Shown: positions 4,655 to 12,387 of the stretch, piece by piece
How the letters are laid out: every line of letters begins with the position of its first letter
Position numbering within the stretch: position 1 is the first letter of the stretch
Virus record (IMG/VR): IMGVR_UViG_3300028654_000194
DNA: 20,000 bases
Direction: 5' to 3' (one strand)
Source of the DNA: an uncultured virus (IMG/VR IMGVR_UViG_3300028654_000194)
Lineage: Duplodnaviria; Heunggongvirae; Uroviricota; Caudoviricetes
The notes under the pieces: model-generated
What the model was told of the DNA's origin: nothing
What the model saw: the letters and a program-made list of their open reading frames with translations, nothing else
Database searches by the model: none
Made by a program: the position numbers and the translations under genes

Positions 4655-7501
4655 CGGCAGACCGGCTGCCCAGTCAGGGCCGGTGGTCATTACGGACTGA
4701 AGCACCTGACGCGCGTCTGCGACTTCATCATCCGGCACTTCCATGATCGCTTCGTCATGCGTGTGCCCGATCAGGCAGTCGTTCCAGTCCAGATCGCACA
4801 GGCGGCGCAGCGTCCAGCGCAGCAGCGATGCTGCTTCGCCCTGCGTGCAGTTCGATACGATGAACGGCATACCATCCTGTCCGCGCACAACGAACCTGTG
4901 ACGCGGGCCTGCGTTCAGAAGATCGTAGACCGGCGATAACCGTTGCCCAGATCGACCGGAAGGAATAGATCGGCCACTGGCCACTGACGCGCCAGACGAT
5001 ACGCCAGCGTGGTCGCGCCAATCCCTGTTAGTTCTGACGCCTCGCACAGAAGCATCCTGCCTTTGGGCGTATCGATCACGCGGCTGTTGCGACGGTTGCG
5101 CGATTGCTGTGACCACGTGCGCCATGCGCAGTTCTTCGGGGTATATCCTTTGTTGTTGTTCAATCGATCCAAGGTAAGGCCGGGCGCGTAAGTCGGCCCC
5201 ATGTCGTCCCAGAAATTTTGGAACTTGCGCCAGCGCTTGCACACTACGATGCCGCGCCTGCCATAATTGCCCCACGCCTGATGCGATGGCAGACGGCACC
5301 GATCCAGCATAGACCGCCATACGGCAAAAACCGGGTGCGCTGACATTCCATGTGTCGTCAAACGCTGCGCCGCCCTTTCGCGGCGTAGACACCCGCAACT
5401 GTGGACGCGTCCTTTCGTAATCTCCACGCCTATACGTTTGATCGTCTTGCCGCAGTCGCATCGCGCCCACCACAGCATTTTTTGACCGTTGCTGCCTGCG
5501 CTGCGCAAGATCGTCAGCCGTCCAAACTTCTGCCCGCGCAAATCCCTGCGTCGCCAGTCCATGGTGTGTGTCCTTTGCAGCTTTCCAAACCCCGGACACT
5601 AGCACCTTGTGGTCTTCCGTCAATAATACCCCGCCGAAGGACATGACAGGCTGCACACCTTGATACGTCAGACCATCGTGGCGAACAAATTCAACGCCAT
5701 CGTGGACACGATCCGCGATACTGACATCCACAATATGCTTCCAGCCACTGTCTGTCAGAACTTCCGTGTTCGGGCCAAGACAGTTCTCCGCTTGGATGCC
5801 GCCGTACAGCTTCATGCGCGGCCAGTAGTTCGATCCATGCTTCGGGTGCCACGCACCCTTGATCGCGGTGATCGCCTGCTGCGGCCCGAAGCGGCTGCTG
5901 ACCGTTTCGATCTTGGCGAACGGGTACGCCAGCATGCGACCGCTGGGCAGCATGCACCACAAGACGCTGCTGGCGAACATGTACCGGACGCGCCCGGCAG
6001 TGAAGACGCATTCGGGGTTGCGCACGGCGCTGAACGCAGCGTCTTCCAGCGCGCGCCAGAAGCGCGGTGCCCATGGGTTGGCGTTGCGCCAGCGGCGCTT
6101 GTACTCATCCGCCGTGCTGTCGCTGACGTGCAGGTCGTAGTTGTGCGCCATGACTTGGAACGCGCCGACGCCGCCACCGAAGCCGAACGCCAGCACGGCC
6201 ACCTTGCCGCCCTGCCGCAAGTTCTTGTCCACGTCTTCGGGCGCGACGCCGAACATGCCTGCCGCCTGCTGCACATAGATGTCTTCGCCGCGCGCGAAGG
6301 TGTCCAGCACGGCGCTGGCGCTGTTCTCCTTGGACAACCATGGCAGCACGCGGGCTTCGATGGCCTTCCAGTCGCCCCACACGAACTGCTTGCCTTCCTC
6401 TGCCACGATGGAAGGACGCAGCGTGCGCGACAGCGTGGTCAGCACGTTGTAGCCGGACAGCTTGATCAGTTCGGACTTGGGCGTGCGCCGCAGGATCGCT
6501 TCGACCACGTCTTCGATGTTGTCCAGCTTGGCGCGGACGAAGTTGTGAAGCTGGGCACCAGTGGATGAGAAGCGTCCGGTCTGCCCGGCACCGCTGAAGA
6601 CGTAGGCACCGCGCACACGGCCATCCGGCCCGGCGCGCATCTCCATGGCGCGGAACTTGGCGGTGCTGGCGCGGCCACCGTCATCGATCAGGCCGACCAC
6701 TTCGCGCTGGATGACGTTCAGATCGTCGCGTTCCAGAAGTTCGGCGCGCGCGTCGGCGTCGAACTTGATCTTGCCGTGCGCGTTCTCCTGCAACACCGGG
6801 CCGAACCAGTCCTTGATGCGCTGGAACTGCTTGGGGCTGGTGATGCTGCCGCACGTCAGTTCGTCCAGCCGGACGCAGATGTCGGTCAGTTCATCACGTG
6901 CGTAGTGCTGCGCGGCACGGATCAGGTCTAAGTCAACCGGCAGACCCTTGTCGTTGATCATCTCCGTGATGACCCAGTCGCGCTGTTCGTCCGGCGACAG
7001 TTCGCGAACCGTGCGTCCTAGTCCCATCTCCGTGTGAACATCGACGTCACAGTAAGCGCACAGTGCATGAAACTCCTGCGGATCGTCTGCCCAGCCGCCG
7101 TTCTTCAGCGGCTTGCACCACTTCAACATCACGCTGTTGTCCGACTTCTGCACCGGCATGCGCAACGCCTTGGCGCACATCTCCAACTTGCCGGGCAGCG
7201 CCATCGACCGGGCGCGCGCCATGGTGCAGCGGAAGCGTTCGGCTGGGATGTCCATCTTCAACACGAACTTCAGGATCAGCCGTTCGAAGGCTGCGTTCCA
7301 CGCGTGGATCGTTTCGCTGGCCAAGGCTGCCTTCAGATCGTCCGGCATGGCTTCGCCTTCCCACGCGCGCCACTGCTTCACCGTCAGGCCATCAAGGCTG
7401 TACGATGCGCACAGCACGCTGGTAGACGGATGCTGCGCATAGATGTAGCTGCCGACCAGCTTCAGATCGACGGTGCTTCGGGTTTCGAAATCAAGGTTCA
7501 A
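4613..7501 (-). CDS. polA: Phage family-A DNA polymerase precursor with intein (962 aa; about 651 aa spliced)
   Basis: ExoI DFET, ExoII HAWNAAFER, ExoIII YCDVD, TGRFSS, motif A DWKAIEAR, motif B RQGGKVAVLAFGFG, motif C HTHDE; TTG start. Confidence 0.95.
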   Translation of the reverse strand: MNLDFETRSTVDLKLVGSYIYAQHPSTSVLCASYSLDGLTVKQWRAWEGEAMPDDLKAALASETIHAWNAAFERLILKFVLKMDIPAERFRCTMARARSMALPGKLEMCAKALRMPVQKSDNSVMLKWCKPLKNGGWADDPQEFHALCAYCDVDVHTEMGLGRTVRELSPDEQRDWVITEMINDKGLPVDLDLIRAAQHYARDELTDICVRLDELTCGSITSPKQFQRIKDWFGPVLQENAHGKIKFDADARAELLERDDLNVIQREVVGLIDDGGRASTAKFRAMEMRAGPDGRVRGAYVFSGAGQTGRFSSTGAQLHNFVRAKLDNIEDVVEAILRRTPKSELIKLSGYNVLTTLSRTLRPSIVAEEGKQFVWGDWKAIEARVLPWLSKENSASAVLDTFARGEDIYVQQAAGMFGVAPEDVDKNLRQGGKVAVLAFGFGGGVGAFQVMAHNYDLHVSDSTADEYKRRWRNANPWAPRFWRALEDAAFSAVRNPECVFTAGRVRYMFASSVLWCMLPSGRMLAYPFAKIETVSSRFGPQQAITAIKGAWHPKHGSNYWPRMKLYGGIQAENCLGPNTEVLTDSGWKHIVDVSIADRVHDGVEFVRHDGLTYQGVQPVMSFGGVLLTEDHKVLVSGVWKAAKDTHHGLATQGFARAEVWTADDLAQRRQQRSKNAVVGAMRLRQDDQTYRRGDYERTRPQLRVSTPRKGGAAFDDTWNVSAPGFCRMAVYAGSVPSAIASGVGQLWQARHRSVQALAQVPKFLGRHGADLRARPYLGSIEQQQRIYPEELRMAHVVTAIAQPSQQPRDRYAQRQDASVRGVRTNRDWRDHAGVSSGASVASGRSIPSGRSGQRLSPVYDLLNAGPRHRFVVRGQDGMPFIVSNCTQGEAASLLRWTLRRLCDLDWNDCLIGHTHDEAIMEVPDDEVADARQVLQSVMTTGPDWAAGLPLGADIGNDVVYGK
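4850..5782 (-). mobile_element. Intein in the DNA polymerase (residues 574-884, 311 aa)
   Basis: Block A EN|CLGPNTEVLTDSGWKHI, block B LTEDHKVL, block F VYDLLNAGPRHRFVV, block G IVSN|C. Removal restores YGGIQAEN-CTQGEAA, the conserved PolA N..Q motif. Confidence 0.93.
4915..5562 (-). CDS. HNH-type homing endonuclease nested out of frame inside the intein
   Basis: DLRGQKFGRL..W..RCDCG..SCGC..THGMS..WRSMLDRC..YGRRGIVVCKRW..F..DMG..LTLDRLNNNKGYTPKNCAW..QSRNRR plus an HTH-like tail. Own SD AAAGGA (5571-5576) 8 nt before the ATG; +1 frame relative to polA. Confidence 0.9.
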   Translation of the reverse strand: MDWRRRDLRGQKFGRLTILRSAGSNGQKMLWWARCDCGKTIKRIGVEITKGRVHSCGCLRRERAAQRLTTHGMSAHPVFAVWRSMLDRCRLPSHQAWGNYGRRGIVVCKRWRKFQNFWDDMGPTYAPGLTLDRLNNNKGYTPKNCAWRTWSQQSRNRRNSRVIDTPKGRMLLCEASELTGIGATTLAYRLARQWPVADLFLPVDLGNGYRRSTIF

Positions 7502-7787
7502 TGGTAGTGACCTTCGGCGGCAGTTCTTCCGACTTTATGATCAGCAGCACACCTTCCGGCGACATCCAATCAACGCAGCGAATGAAAGCAATGAACTCAT
7601 CTTCCAGCAAGTAGTTCACCGTGGTCGCGAAGCAGCGCATCGATGGGCACTTGTAGCCGCCGAAGCCATCTGTCACATCGTTGAACATCGTCCCCGGATA
7701 CTTGGAATGCAGCCAGTCGTTGACCGGGGCGATGGTGTCTTCATCGATGATTTCCGTGATCAGGACGATGCCATACGCGCGGGTCAT
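7491..7787 (-). CDS. Hypothetical protein (98 aa)
   Basis: MTRAYGIVLITE...; ATGA-coupled to the upstream mini-ORF, and its end overlaps the polA start. Confidence 0.65.
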   Translation of the reverse strand: MTRAYGIVLITEIIDEDTIAPVNDWLHSKYPGTMFNDVTDGFGGYKCPSMRCFATTVNYLLEDEFIAFIRCVDWMSPEGVLLIIKSEELPPKVTTIEP

Positions 7788-7876
7788 GGATGCGTCTGGC
7801 CGTGCGGCAATGGGTGGGCGACCTTCGCCCACCCAGTACCGTTGCAGTCAGGACAGCGACGTGTCCCGATTACCAT
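7784..7876 (-). CDS. 30-aa mini-ORF with a CxxCxGxG motif
   Basis: MVIGTRRCPDCNGTGWAKVAHPLPHGQTHP*. Starts right after the SSB stop (TAAATG) and ends in an ATGA overlap. Confidence 0.5.
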   Translation of the reverse strand: MVIGTRRCPDCNGTGWAKVAHPLPHGQTHP

Positions 7877-8659
7877 TTACGCCTTCGTCGCAGCGCGACG
7901 GCGACGCGGCGCTTCAGCAGCGGCAGCAGCAGCCGGGGCTTCAGCAACAGCGGCGGCGGGCTTCTCACTGGCGTCACCATTCGTGGCACCGGCAGCCGGG
8001 GCGCGGCGCTGGCGCGTCACGGGCTTGGCCGGTTCGGCTGCGGCCTGCGCAGCAGGTGCAGGCTCATCGACCACAGGCGCAGCATCGGACAGTTCGATCC
8101 ACTTCGTGATGGTGAAGATCGGATTGTAGATCGTCCCATACTGTTTGTGTTCGTAGCTGTCGGAAGTCATCGTCACGACCGGCACGATCTTCGCCGGGTC
8201 CGTCCCGATCTGCGCCTGCAACGATTGCAGCAGTTCCTTGTACGCCTTCATCGCGCCGTAGCTGGTCTGTTCGTATTCAACAGACACGCCAGTGTCTTCA
8301 CCGTTCAGGCACAGCAGCGTGAACGCGATGCAGTCCACCCACGGAAAGCCGGTCTGACTGAGTTCGGCCTGCGTGACTGGGGGCTTCATTATGCTGCGCA
8401 TAAGCTTGCCAGCAACTTCGCCCTTACCCCATGAGATGAAACCCTTGCGAAGCGATCCGGGGTTGATGGCCCAGAGCGATCCGTCCTGCACATCGACTTC
8501 GTCAGCGCCGTAGCGCCACACGCCGTCACGCTTGTCCAGCTTCAGGAAGGGAACACCATTCGCAGTCTGGATGCTGCTTTGTGCAGTCTCCAAGGCTTGC
8601 GAGAACTGCGCAAGATCGACAGGCAATCCTGCGGCTTTGAATGCGGCTAGTTCGTTCAT
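7877..8659 (-). CDS. Putative phage ssDNA-binding protein with Ala/Pro-rich tail
   Basis: FLKLDK.DGVWRYGAD, WAINPGS...GFISW, SYEHKQYGTIYNPIF; typical position between the DUF2800 nuclease and PolA. Confidence 0.65.
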   Translation of the reverse strand: MNELAAFKAAGLPVDLAQFSQALETAQSSIQTANGVPFLKLDKRDGVWRYGADEVDVQDGSLWAINPGSLRKGFISWGKGEVAGKLMRSIMKPPVTQAELSQTGFPWVDCIAFTLLCLNGEDTGVSVEYEQTSYGAMKAYKELLQSLQAQIGTDPAKIVPVVTMTSDSYEHKQYGTIYNPIFTITKWIELSDAAPVVDEPAPAAQAAAEPAKPVTRQRRAPAAGATNGDASEKPAAAVAEAPAAAAAAEAPRRRRAATKA

Positions 8660-8662
8660 TGT

Positions 8663-9751
8663 CTAGGCTCCTAGTTGTTTGAGTGCTTGTCCTATGGCGG
8701 CTGCCGGTAGGACTTCGGGTCGTTTGTCGTCTTGTGTTGCGATGGTCGTGCCTGAAGACACAGGCGAAGCAAGACCGTCTATTTTCAGTTTCTTTTTTTC
8801 TGCTTGTGCTGGTGTGATGAGTTGTTTCTTGATGTACGTGTCTTCGCTGATACCTTGATCGGCAAACGTTTTGGCTGTCAAGGCTTCGTCATTCCACTGG
8901 CGCACGGCCCGCTTGTTCACCAGCTTCCACCCCGGAACAGCAACGCCGTGTTCCAGTTCGTGGTGGATGCGGTCTTCCGCTTCTTCACGCCAGTCATCCC
9001 ATGATCTTATCTTCGCAAGGCGGTCGCCCAGTTCGGCCAGATCAAGGATGTGGTTCGGCGCGGTGAGAGTTGCCAGCCGCTGTGTCTTCAGCGGGCAGAC
9101 AAGCTTCGCATCGCACCACTTGCACCATTTGCCTTCCGCGAAGGTCGGCATCGGTGATCGCGCTGCTTTCAATGCCGCGTACAGGGACATCTCGAAAGCA
9201 GTCAAGTCTTCCGCCGTGACCGTGTGACTGTCGATGGCGGGGTCCATCGTCGGCTGGATGATCACCAGTTCGATAGTCTTGGGTTTCAGTCCCAGCGTCT
9301 TGCGCGCAGCGGCAGCGTAGAACATCGCCTGTGCGTTCGCTTCCGCCTCCACCACGATCTGGCCGAACTTGAAGTCGGCCACGACCAGATGGTCGTTGTG
9401 ATGGAACAGGATGTCGGACGTGCCCCACGCTTCGGGTTCCAGTTCGACCCGCTGTTCCGCCCAGATGCCGCCGGGGTGCTTCGCCGCCAGCATGTCGAAC
9501 GCTTCCAGTGCGACCTTGATCGCGCCGATTTCGTCTTCCCCCAGCCGGATGCCTTCGACAGTCGCGCCAAGGAACGCATCAGGATGCTTGTCGGCATCGT
9601 TGATCAGCAGTTCCATCACGGTATGCTGCGCGGTGCCGACTTGCGCAGCCATACCAGCCGGGCGCTTCGGCACCTGTTCCAGCAGGCTGGTGCTGCCTGC
9701 ACAATTCATCCAGCGCGCGGCACTGCTGCCGCCGAATTTCGCATGGTTCAT
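8663..9751 (-). CDS. DUF2800 / Cas4-like PD-(D/E)XK exonuclease
   Basis: HAKFGGSSAARWMNCAGS, GTAQH, WGTSD, VADFKFG, NAQAMFYA, IIQP, CKWCDAKLVCP; GAGGAGG RBS favours ATG 9751. Confidence 0.88.
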   Translation of the reverse strand: MNHAKFGGSSAARWMNCAGSTSLLEQVPKRPAGMAAQVGTAQHTVMELLINDADKHPDAFLGATVEGIRLGEDEIGAIKVALEAFDMLAAKHPGGIWAEQRVELEPEAWGTSDILFHHNDHLVVADFKFGQIVVEAEANAQAMFYAAAARKTLGLKPKTIELVIIQPTMDPAIDSHTVTAEDLTAFEMSLYAALKAARSPMPTFAEGKWCKWCDAKLVCPLKTQRLATLTAPNHILDLAELGDRLAKIRSWDDWREEAEDRIHHELEHGVAVPGWKLVNKRAVRQWNDEALTAKTFADQGISEDTYIKKQLITPAQAEKKKLKIDGLASPVSSGTTIATQDDKRPEVLPAAAIGQALKQLGA

Positions 9752-9835
9752 TTTCATCCTCCTCGTTGTTGTTCAGCGATGGCACTTTGCTTTCCGCGTG
9801 CACGGTGAACGTGCCATCCAGATTGTAGTGGTCAT

Positions 9836-10051
9836 CTAATCCCACTCCGGTGCAGCAATCTGTGAGATGATGCGAAGTTCACAACGCTTGCAGACGAATG
9901 CGCCGATGCAGCATGCCCATGGCCGTCCGCACAACTGGTGTTCTTTCACTTCGGTATCGGTGGCTTCGACCTTGCGCGCGTAGCCTCCGCAGGCGGGACA
10001 CTCACACGCATTCGCATTGCGCGGCAACGTTTCAGTCAGGATGACGGGCAT
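9836..10051 (-). CDS. Small Cys-rich putative zinc-binding protein (71 aa)
   Basis: CECPACG...CGRPWACC...CKRC; AGGA upstream. Confidence 0.6.
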   Translation of the reverse strand: MPVILTETLPRNANACECPACGGYARKVEATDTEVKEHQLCGRPWACCIGAFVCKRCELRIISQIAAPEWD

Positions 10052-10054
10052 GTG

Positions 10055-10125
10055 TCTGGTCCTAGTTCGAACGACCCCTTTACCACGATATTGTAATGCA
10101 CCGCAATACCTGATAAAGAGGCCGG
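10055..10125. promoter_or_regulatory. Divergent promoter/operator region
   Basis: Short gap between divergent operons with inverted repeat TATTG (10089-10093)...CAATA (10104-10108). Confidence 0.45.
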
Positions 10126-10305
10126 ATGCGTAAAGTCACCAGTTTCCAGTTGCCTTCTCCCCTGCTGCACCAGCTTCACGCTGCTGCGGCCAACAATCCA
10201 TACGGCATGACGGCGTCGCAGATCATCCGGCGCGGCATCGAACTGGCGCTGGCAGAGATTGCGAAGGACATGCGCAAACAGAAACTGAGGAAGGCACGGT
10301 CATGA
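10126..10305 (+). CDS. Ribbon-helix-helix (Arc/CopG-like) DNA-binding protein (59 aa)
   Basis: MRKVTSFQLPSPLLHQLHAAAANNPYGMTASQIIRRGIELAL fits a beta-strand, helix, G.T.S..IR..I pattern; GAGG RBS; missing from the track. Confidence 0.65.
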   Translation: MRKVTSFQLPSPLLHQLHAAAANNPYGMTASQIIRRGIELALAEIAKDMRKQKLRKARS

Positions 10306-10502
10306 CAGGTAAGCTTCACGCAGGACAGCGTCAGCGGCATGAACATCTTACGCAACAGGAAATCGTTGCGCTGAAGTCTGAAATTCGTTCTGACTACTTC
10401 GGCGCGATACGCAAGACCCTCGTGATGGATCGTCTGTGCGCGAAGTACCGCATCAGCAGCCGCGTGTTTCAGAAGTACGTCAGCTATGTGAGGCAAGGAT
10501 GA
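10302..10502 (+). CDS. Small protein, possibly HTH (66 aa)
   Basis: ATGA-coupled; LTQQEI...LCAKYRISSRVFQKYV resembles an HTH. Confidence 0.55.
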   Translation: MTGKLHAGQRQRHEHLTQQEIVALKSEIRSDYFGAIRKTLVMDRLCAKYRISSRVFQKYVSYVRQG

Positions 10503-11026
10503 CGCCGATAGAACAAGTGGCCCGCGCGATCTGCGCAGCATTCAGCGACAAGAACGATTATGATCCTGATGAACTGGTCTATCGCGACAGTCTGAACAAA
10601 GACTACACGCTTGTGCCGCGCTGGCGCTTCTGGATGAAGGAAGCAGAAGCTGCTTTGTCTGCGATGCCGTCGCTGACACCGTTGAACGCGCTGGCAGCGC
10701 AGTGCCATGCAGCGAACGCCACATGGTGGCGCGATCCTGCGACCGGCGAACGTCTTCAGCGCAACAAGGGCGAACTGCTAATGCTGATCGTCAGCGAAGT
10801 GGTCGAAGCCATGGAGGGCGAACGCAAGAACCTGATGGACGATCACCTGCCGCATCGCAAGATGGCGGAAGTGGAACTGGCTGACGTTCTCATTCGCCTG
10901 TTCGATTACGCTGGCGCGTTCGGATACGATCTGGATGGCGCACTGGCAGAGAAGCGCGCGTACAATGCGCAGCGTGCAGATCACAAGCCTGAAGCACGGC
11001 TGGCCGCTGACGGCAAGAAGTGGTGA
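10499..11026 (+). CDS. MazG-like NTP pyrophosphohydrolase with N-terminal extension
   Basis: LMLIVSEVVEAMEG.RK...EVELADVLIRLFD...K..YN..R (ExxE...ExxD); ATGA-coupled start at 10499. Confidence 0.85.
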   Translation: MTPIEQVARAICAAFSDKNDYDPDELVYRDSLNKDYTLVPRWRFWMKEAEAALSAMPSLTPLNALAAQCHAANATWWRDPATGERLQRNKGELLMLIVSEVVEAMEGERKNLMDDHLPHRKMAEVELADVLIRLFDYAGAFGYDLDGALAEKRAYNAQRADHKPEARLAADGKKW

Positions 11027-11262
11027 AAGAGTATGCGGGACGATCTTGAAACCCTTCTCAAGCAAGCGAAGGAGACGGTCGAAAAGATGACGCCAGAAGA
11101 ACGGACACTGATGTCTCTCCGCCAGAAGCGCGCCCCGTCCCATTGCTCAATTCTGACTGAGGTCGCACCAAACGGCACAATGAAGATTTGGTCTTCGTAG
11201 CCGTCCCGCGTCAGCACGATCTTTTCCCCACCACTAACTTTGAGTGTCATATCGGTTTTCAT
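10981..11262 (-). CDS. Hypothetical protein, last gene of the minus-strand block
   Basis: MKTDMTLKVSGGEKIVLTRDGYEDQIFIVPFG after TAAGG; the 3' part runs antisense into plus-strand genes. Confidence 0.4.
   Translation of the reverse strand: MKTDMTLKVSGGEKIVLTRDGYEDQIFIVPFGATSVRIEQWDGARFWRRDISVRSSGVIFSTVSFACLRRVSRSSRILFHHFLPSAASRASGL
11033..11200 (+). CDS. Hypothetical protein (55 aa), possibly truncated at a junction
   Basis: MRDDLETLLKQAKETVEKMTPEER...; overlaps an antisense ORF. Confidence 0.4.
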   Translation: MRDDLETLLKQAKETVEKMTPEERTLMSLRQKRAPSHCSILTEVAPNGTMKIWSS

Positions 11263-11272
11263 CAGCCCGGCC

Positions 11273-11476
11273 TTAATCTGACGGTTCAAGTTCAGCAACG
11301 TGGTCGTCCGGCTCAAAGGCGTTTGCAGCCTCAAGAAGCCACATAGCGTCCTCACGAACGCGGGCCGCATCTCGGCTTGCCGCGAAGGGGAATACGTCCG
11401 CAACAGGTTCGCCCCTTCGGAAGATGCGAAGGAAACCTTGCGTCTTTTTCGTGTAGTCCTCGATGGTCCAGATCAT
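11273..11476 (-). CDS. Hypothetical protein (67 aa)
   Basis: GAAAGGCCGCCCAG-ATG start (MIWTIEDY...). Confidence 0.6.
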   Translation of the reverse strand: MIWTIEDYTKKTQGFLRIFRRGEPVADVFPFAASRDAARVREDAMWLLEAANAFEPDDHVAELEPSD

Positions 11477-11542
11477 CTGGGCGGCCTTTCCTGTCTCAAA
11501 TTCTTTGCCCCGGTTTATTCCGCCGTCCGGGGCCACGCGGTA

Positions 11543-11722
11543 TCAGACGAGTCGCGAGCCGGAAGCGTCGGCATTAGTCGCGCTCTCGACAGGAATTTCA
11601 TGCCCTCTTATTCCAAGTAGATGCCGAAAGGCTTCCCGGATATCGAAGCCCGCACACTTCATTCTCCACACAAACATGCTGCTGCGGAACTTCCACGTAC
11701 GCTCATATTCTCGGTCGGTCAT
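11543..11722 (-). CDS. Hypothetical protein (59 aa)
   Basis: GAAAGGACCGAACG-ATG start (MTDREYERTWKF...). Confidence 0.45.
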   Translation of the reverse strand: MTDREYERTWKFRSSMFVWRMKCAGFDIREAFRHLLGIRGHEIPVESATNADASGSRLV

Positions 11723-11742
11723 CGTTCGGTCCTTTCCCGTCT

Positions 11743-11970
11743 CTAAGCGCCAACGCCAAATTGGCCGTCAGCTTCGGTTAAGTCGCGGTGCAGAACGTTC
11801 TCATGGATTGCGACCTCACTATCGTTTTCGCAAAGGTAAATTTGCCTGCCCGTTCTAGATAGGACAATCACATGAACGAAGAACTCACCCGGATCATTGG
11901 GCGGCGCTAGCGCGACTACCGTGGCGTCCTGATACGGTTTAAGCGCCTCGATTAGTTGTCTTACTCTCAT
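11743..11970 (-). CDS. Hypothetical protein (75 aa)
   Basis: AAAGGCCCGACA-ATG; MRVRQLIEALK.Y..DA.VV is a common small-phage-protein start. Confidence 0.65.
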   Translation of the reverse strand: MRVRQLIEALKPYQDATVVALAPPNDPGEFFVHVIVLSRTGRQIYLCENDSEVAIHENVLHRDLTEADGQFGVGA

Positions 11971-11981
11971 TGTCGGGCCTT

Positions 11982-12158
11982 TTATAGGCGTTTCAGGATT
12001 TCGTTAATTTCGAGGACTTTGTTCGCTGCCGTCCGGTTCTTCCGCAGCGCGGTTTTGATGGCAGAAATGATGTTCTGGTATTCGCGCAGCTTGTCAGTCG
12101 CTGTTGCCATCATACTTTCGTACTGGTTCATCGACATCTTGATCTGTCCCTTACGCAT
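11982..12158 (-). CDS. Hypothetical helical protein (58 aa)
   Basis: GAAAGGCCCGCC-ATG; MRKGQIKMSMNQYE...EILKRL*; not in the track. Confidence 0.6.
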   Translation of the reverse strand: MRKGQIKMSMNQYESMMATATDKLREYQNIISAIKTALRKNRTAANKVLEINEILKRL

Positions 12159-12174
12159 GGCGGGCCTTTCGTGT

Positions 12175-12387
12175 CTATTCTGGAATTTCGGCGTAATGGG
12201 TCAAATCCCAAAGCCGAGTGTAGTTGTCAATGAACGCCGTGAAGCCTGCATCGTTGTCCTTCTCGTGGACCATACTGACGATCCAAACATGTGAGCGGTT
12301 GCCGTGAGCATCGCGCGCCTTGATGTTGTTCGTCACAAGCACCTTGCGCTTAATCTCGCCCTTGATTGGTTTCCACGCTCGCGTCAT
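12175..12387 (-). CDS. Hypothetical protein (70 aa)
   Basis: GAAAGGCCCCCA-ATG; MTRAWKPI...THYAEIPE resembles DUF551-like W.PI...THW/Y proteins. Confidence 0.6.
   Translation of the reverse strand: MTRAWKPIKGEIKRKVLVTNNIKARDAHGNRSHVWIVSMVHEKDNDAGFTAFIDNYTRLWDLTHYAEIPE

Noticed and set aside
4915..5562. Group I intron carrying the HNH gene
   Set aside because: The polA frame is continuous and bounded by clear intein splicing motifs, and there is no non-coding room for an intron core.
7488..7512. Programmed frameshift fusing the 98-aa ORF to polA (..TTIE/LDFETRS)
   Set aside because: There is no slippery site, and a TTG start with upstream GAAGG explains it more simply.
7880..8060. GCA/GCC-rich low-complexity tract as a DNA repeat element
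   Set aside because: It simply encodes the Ala/Pro-rich tail of the SSB-like protein.
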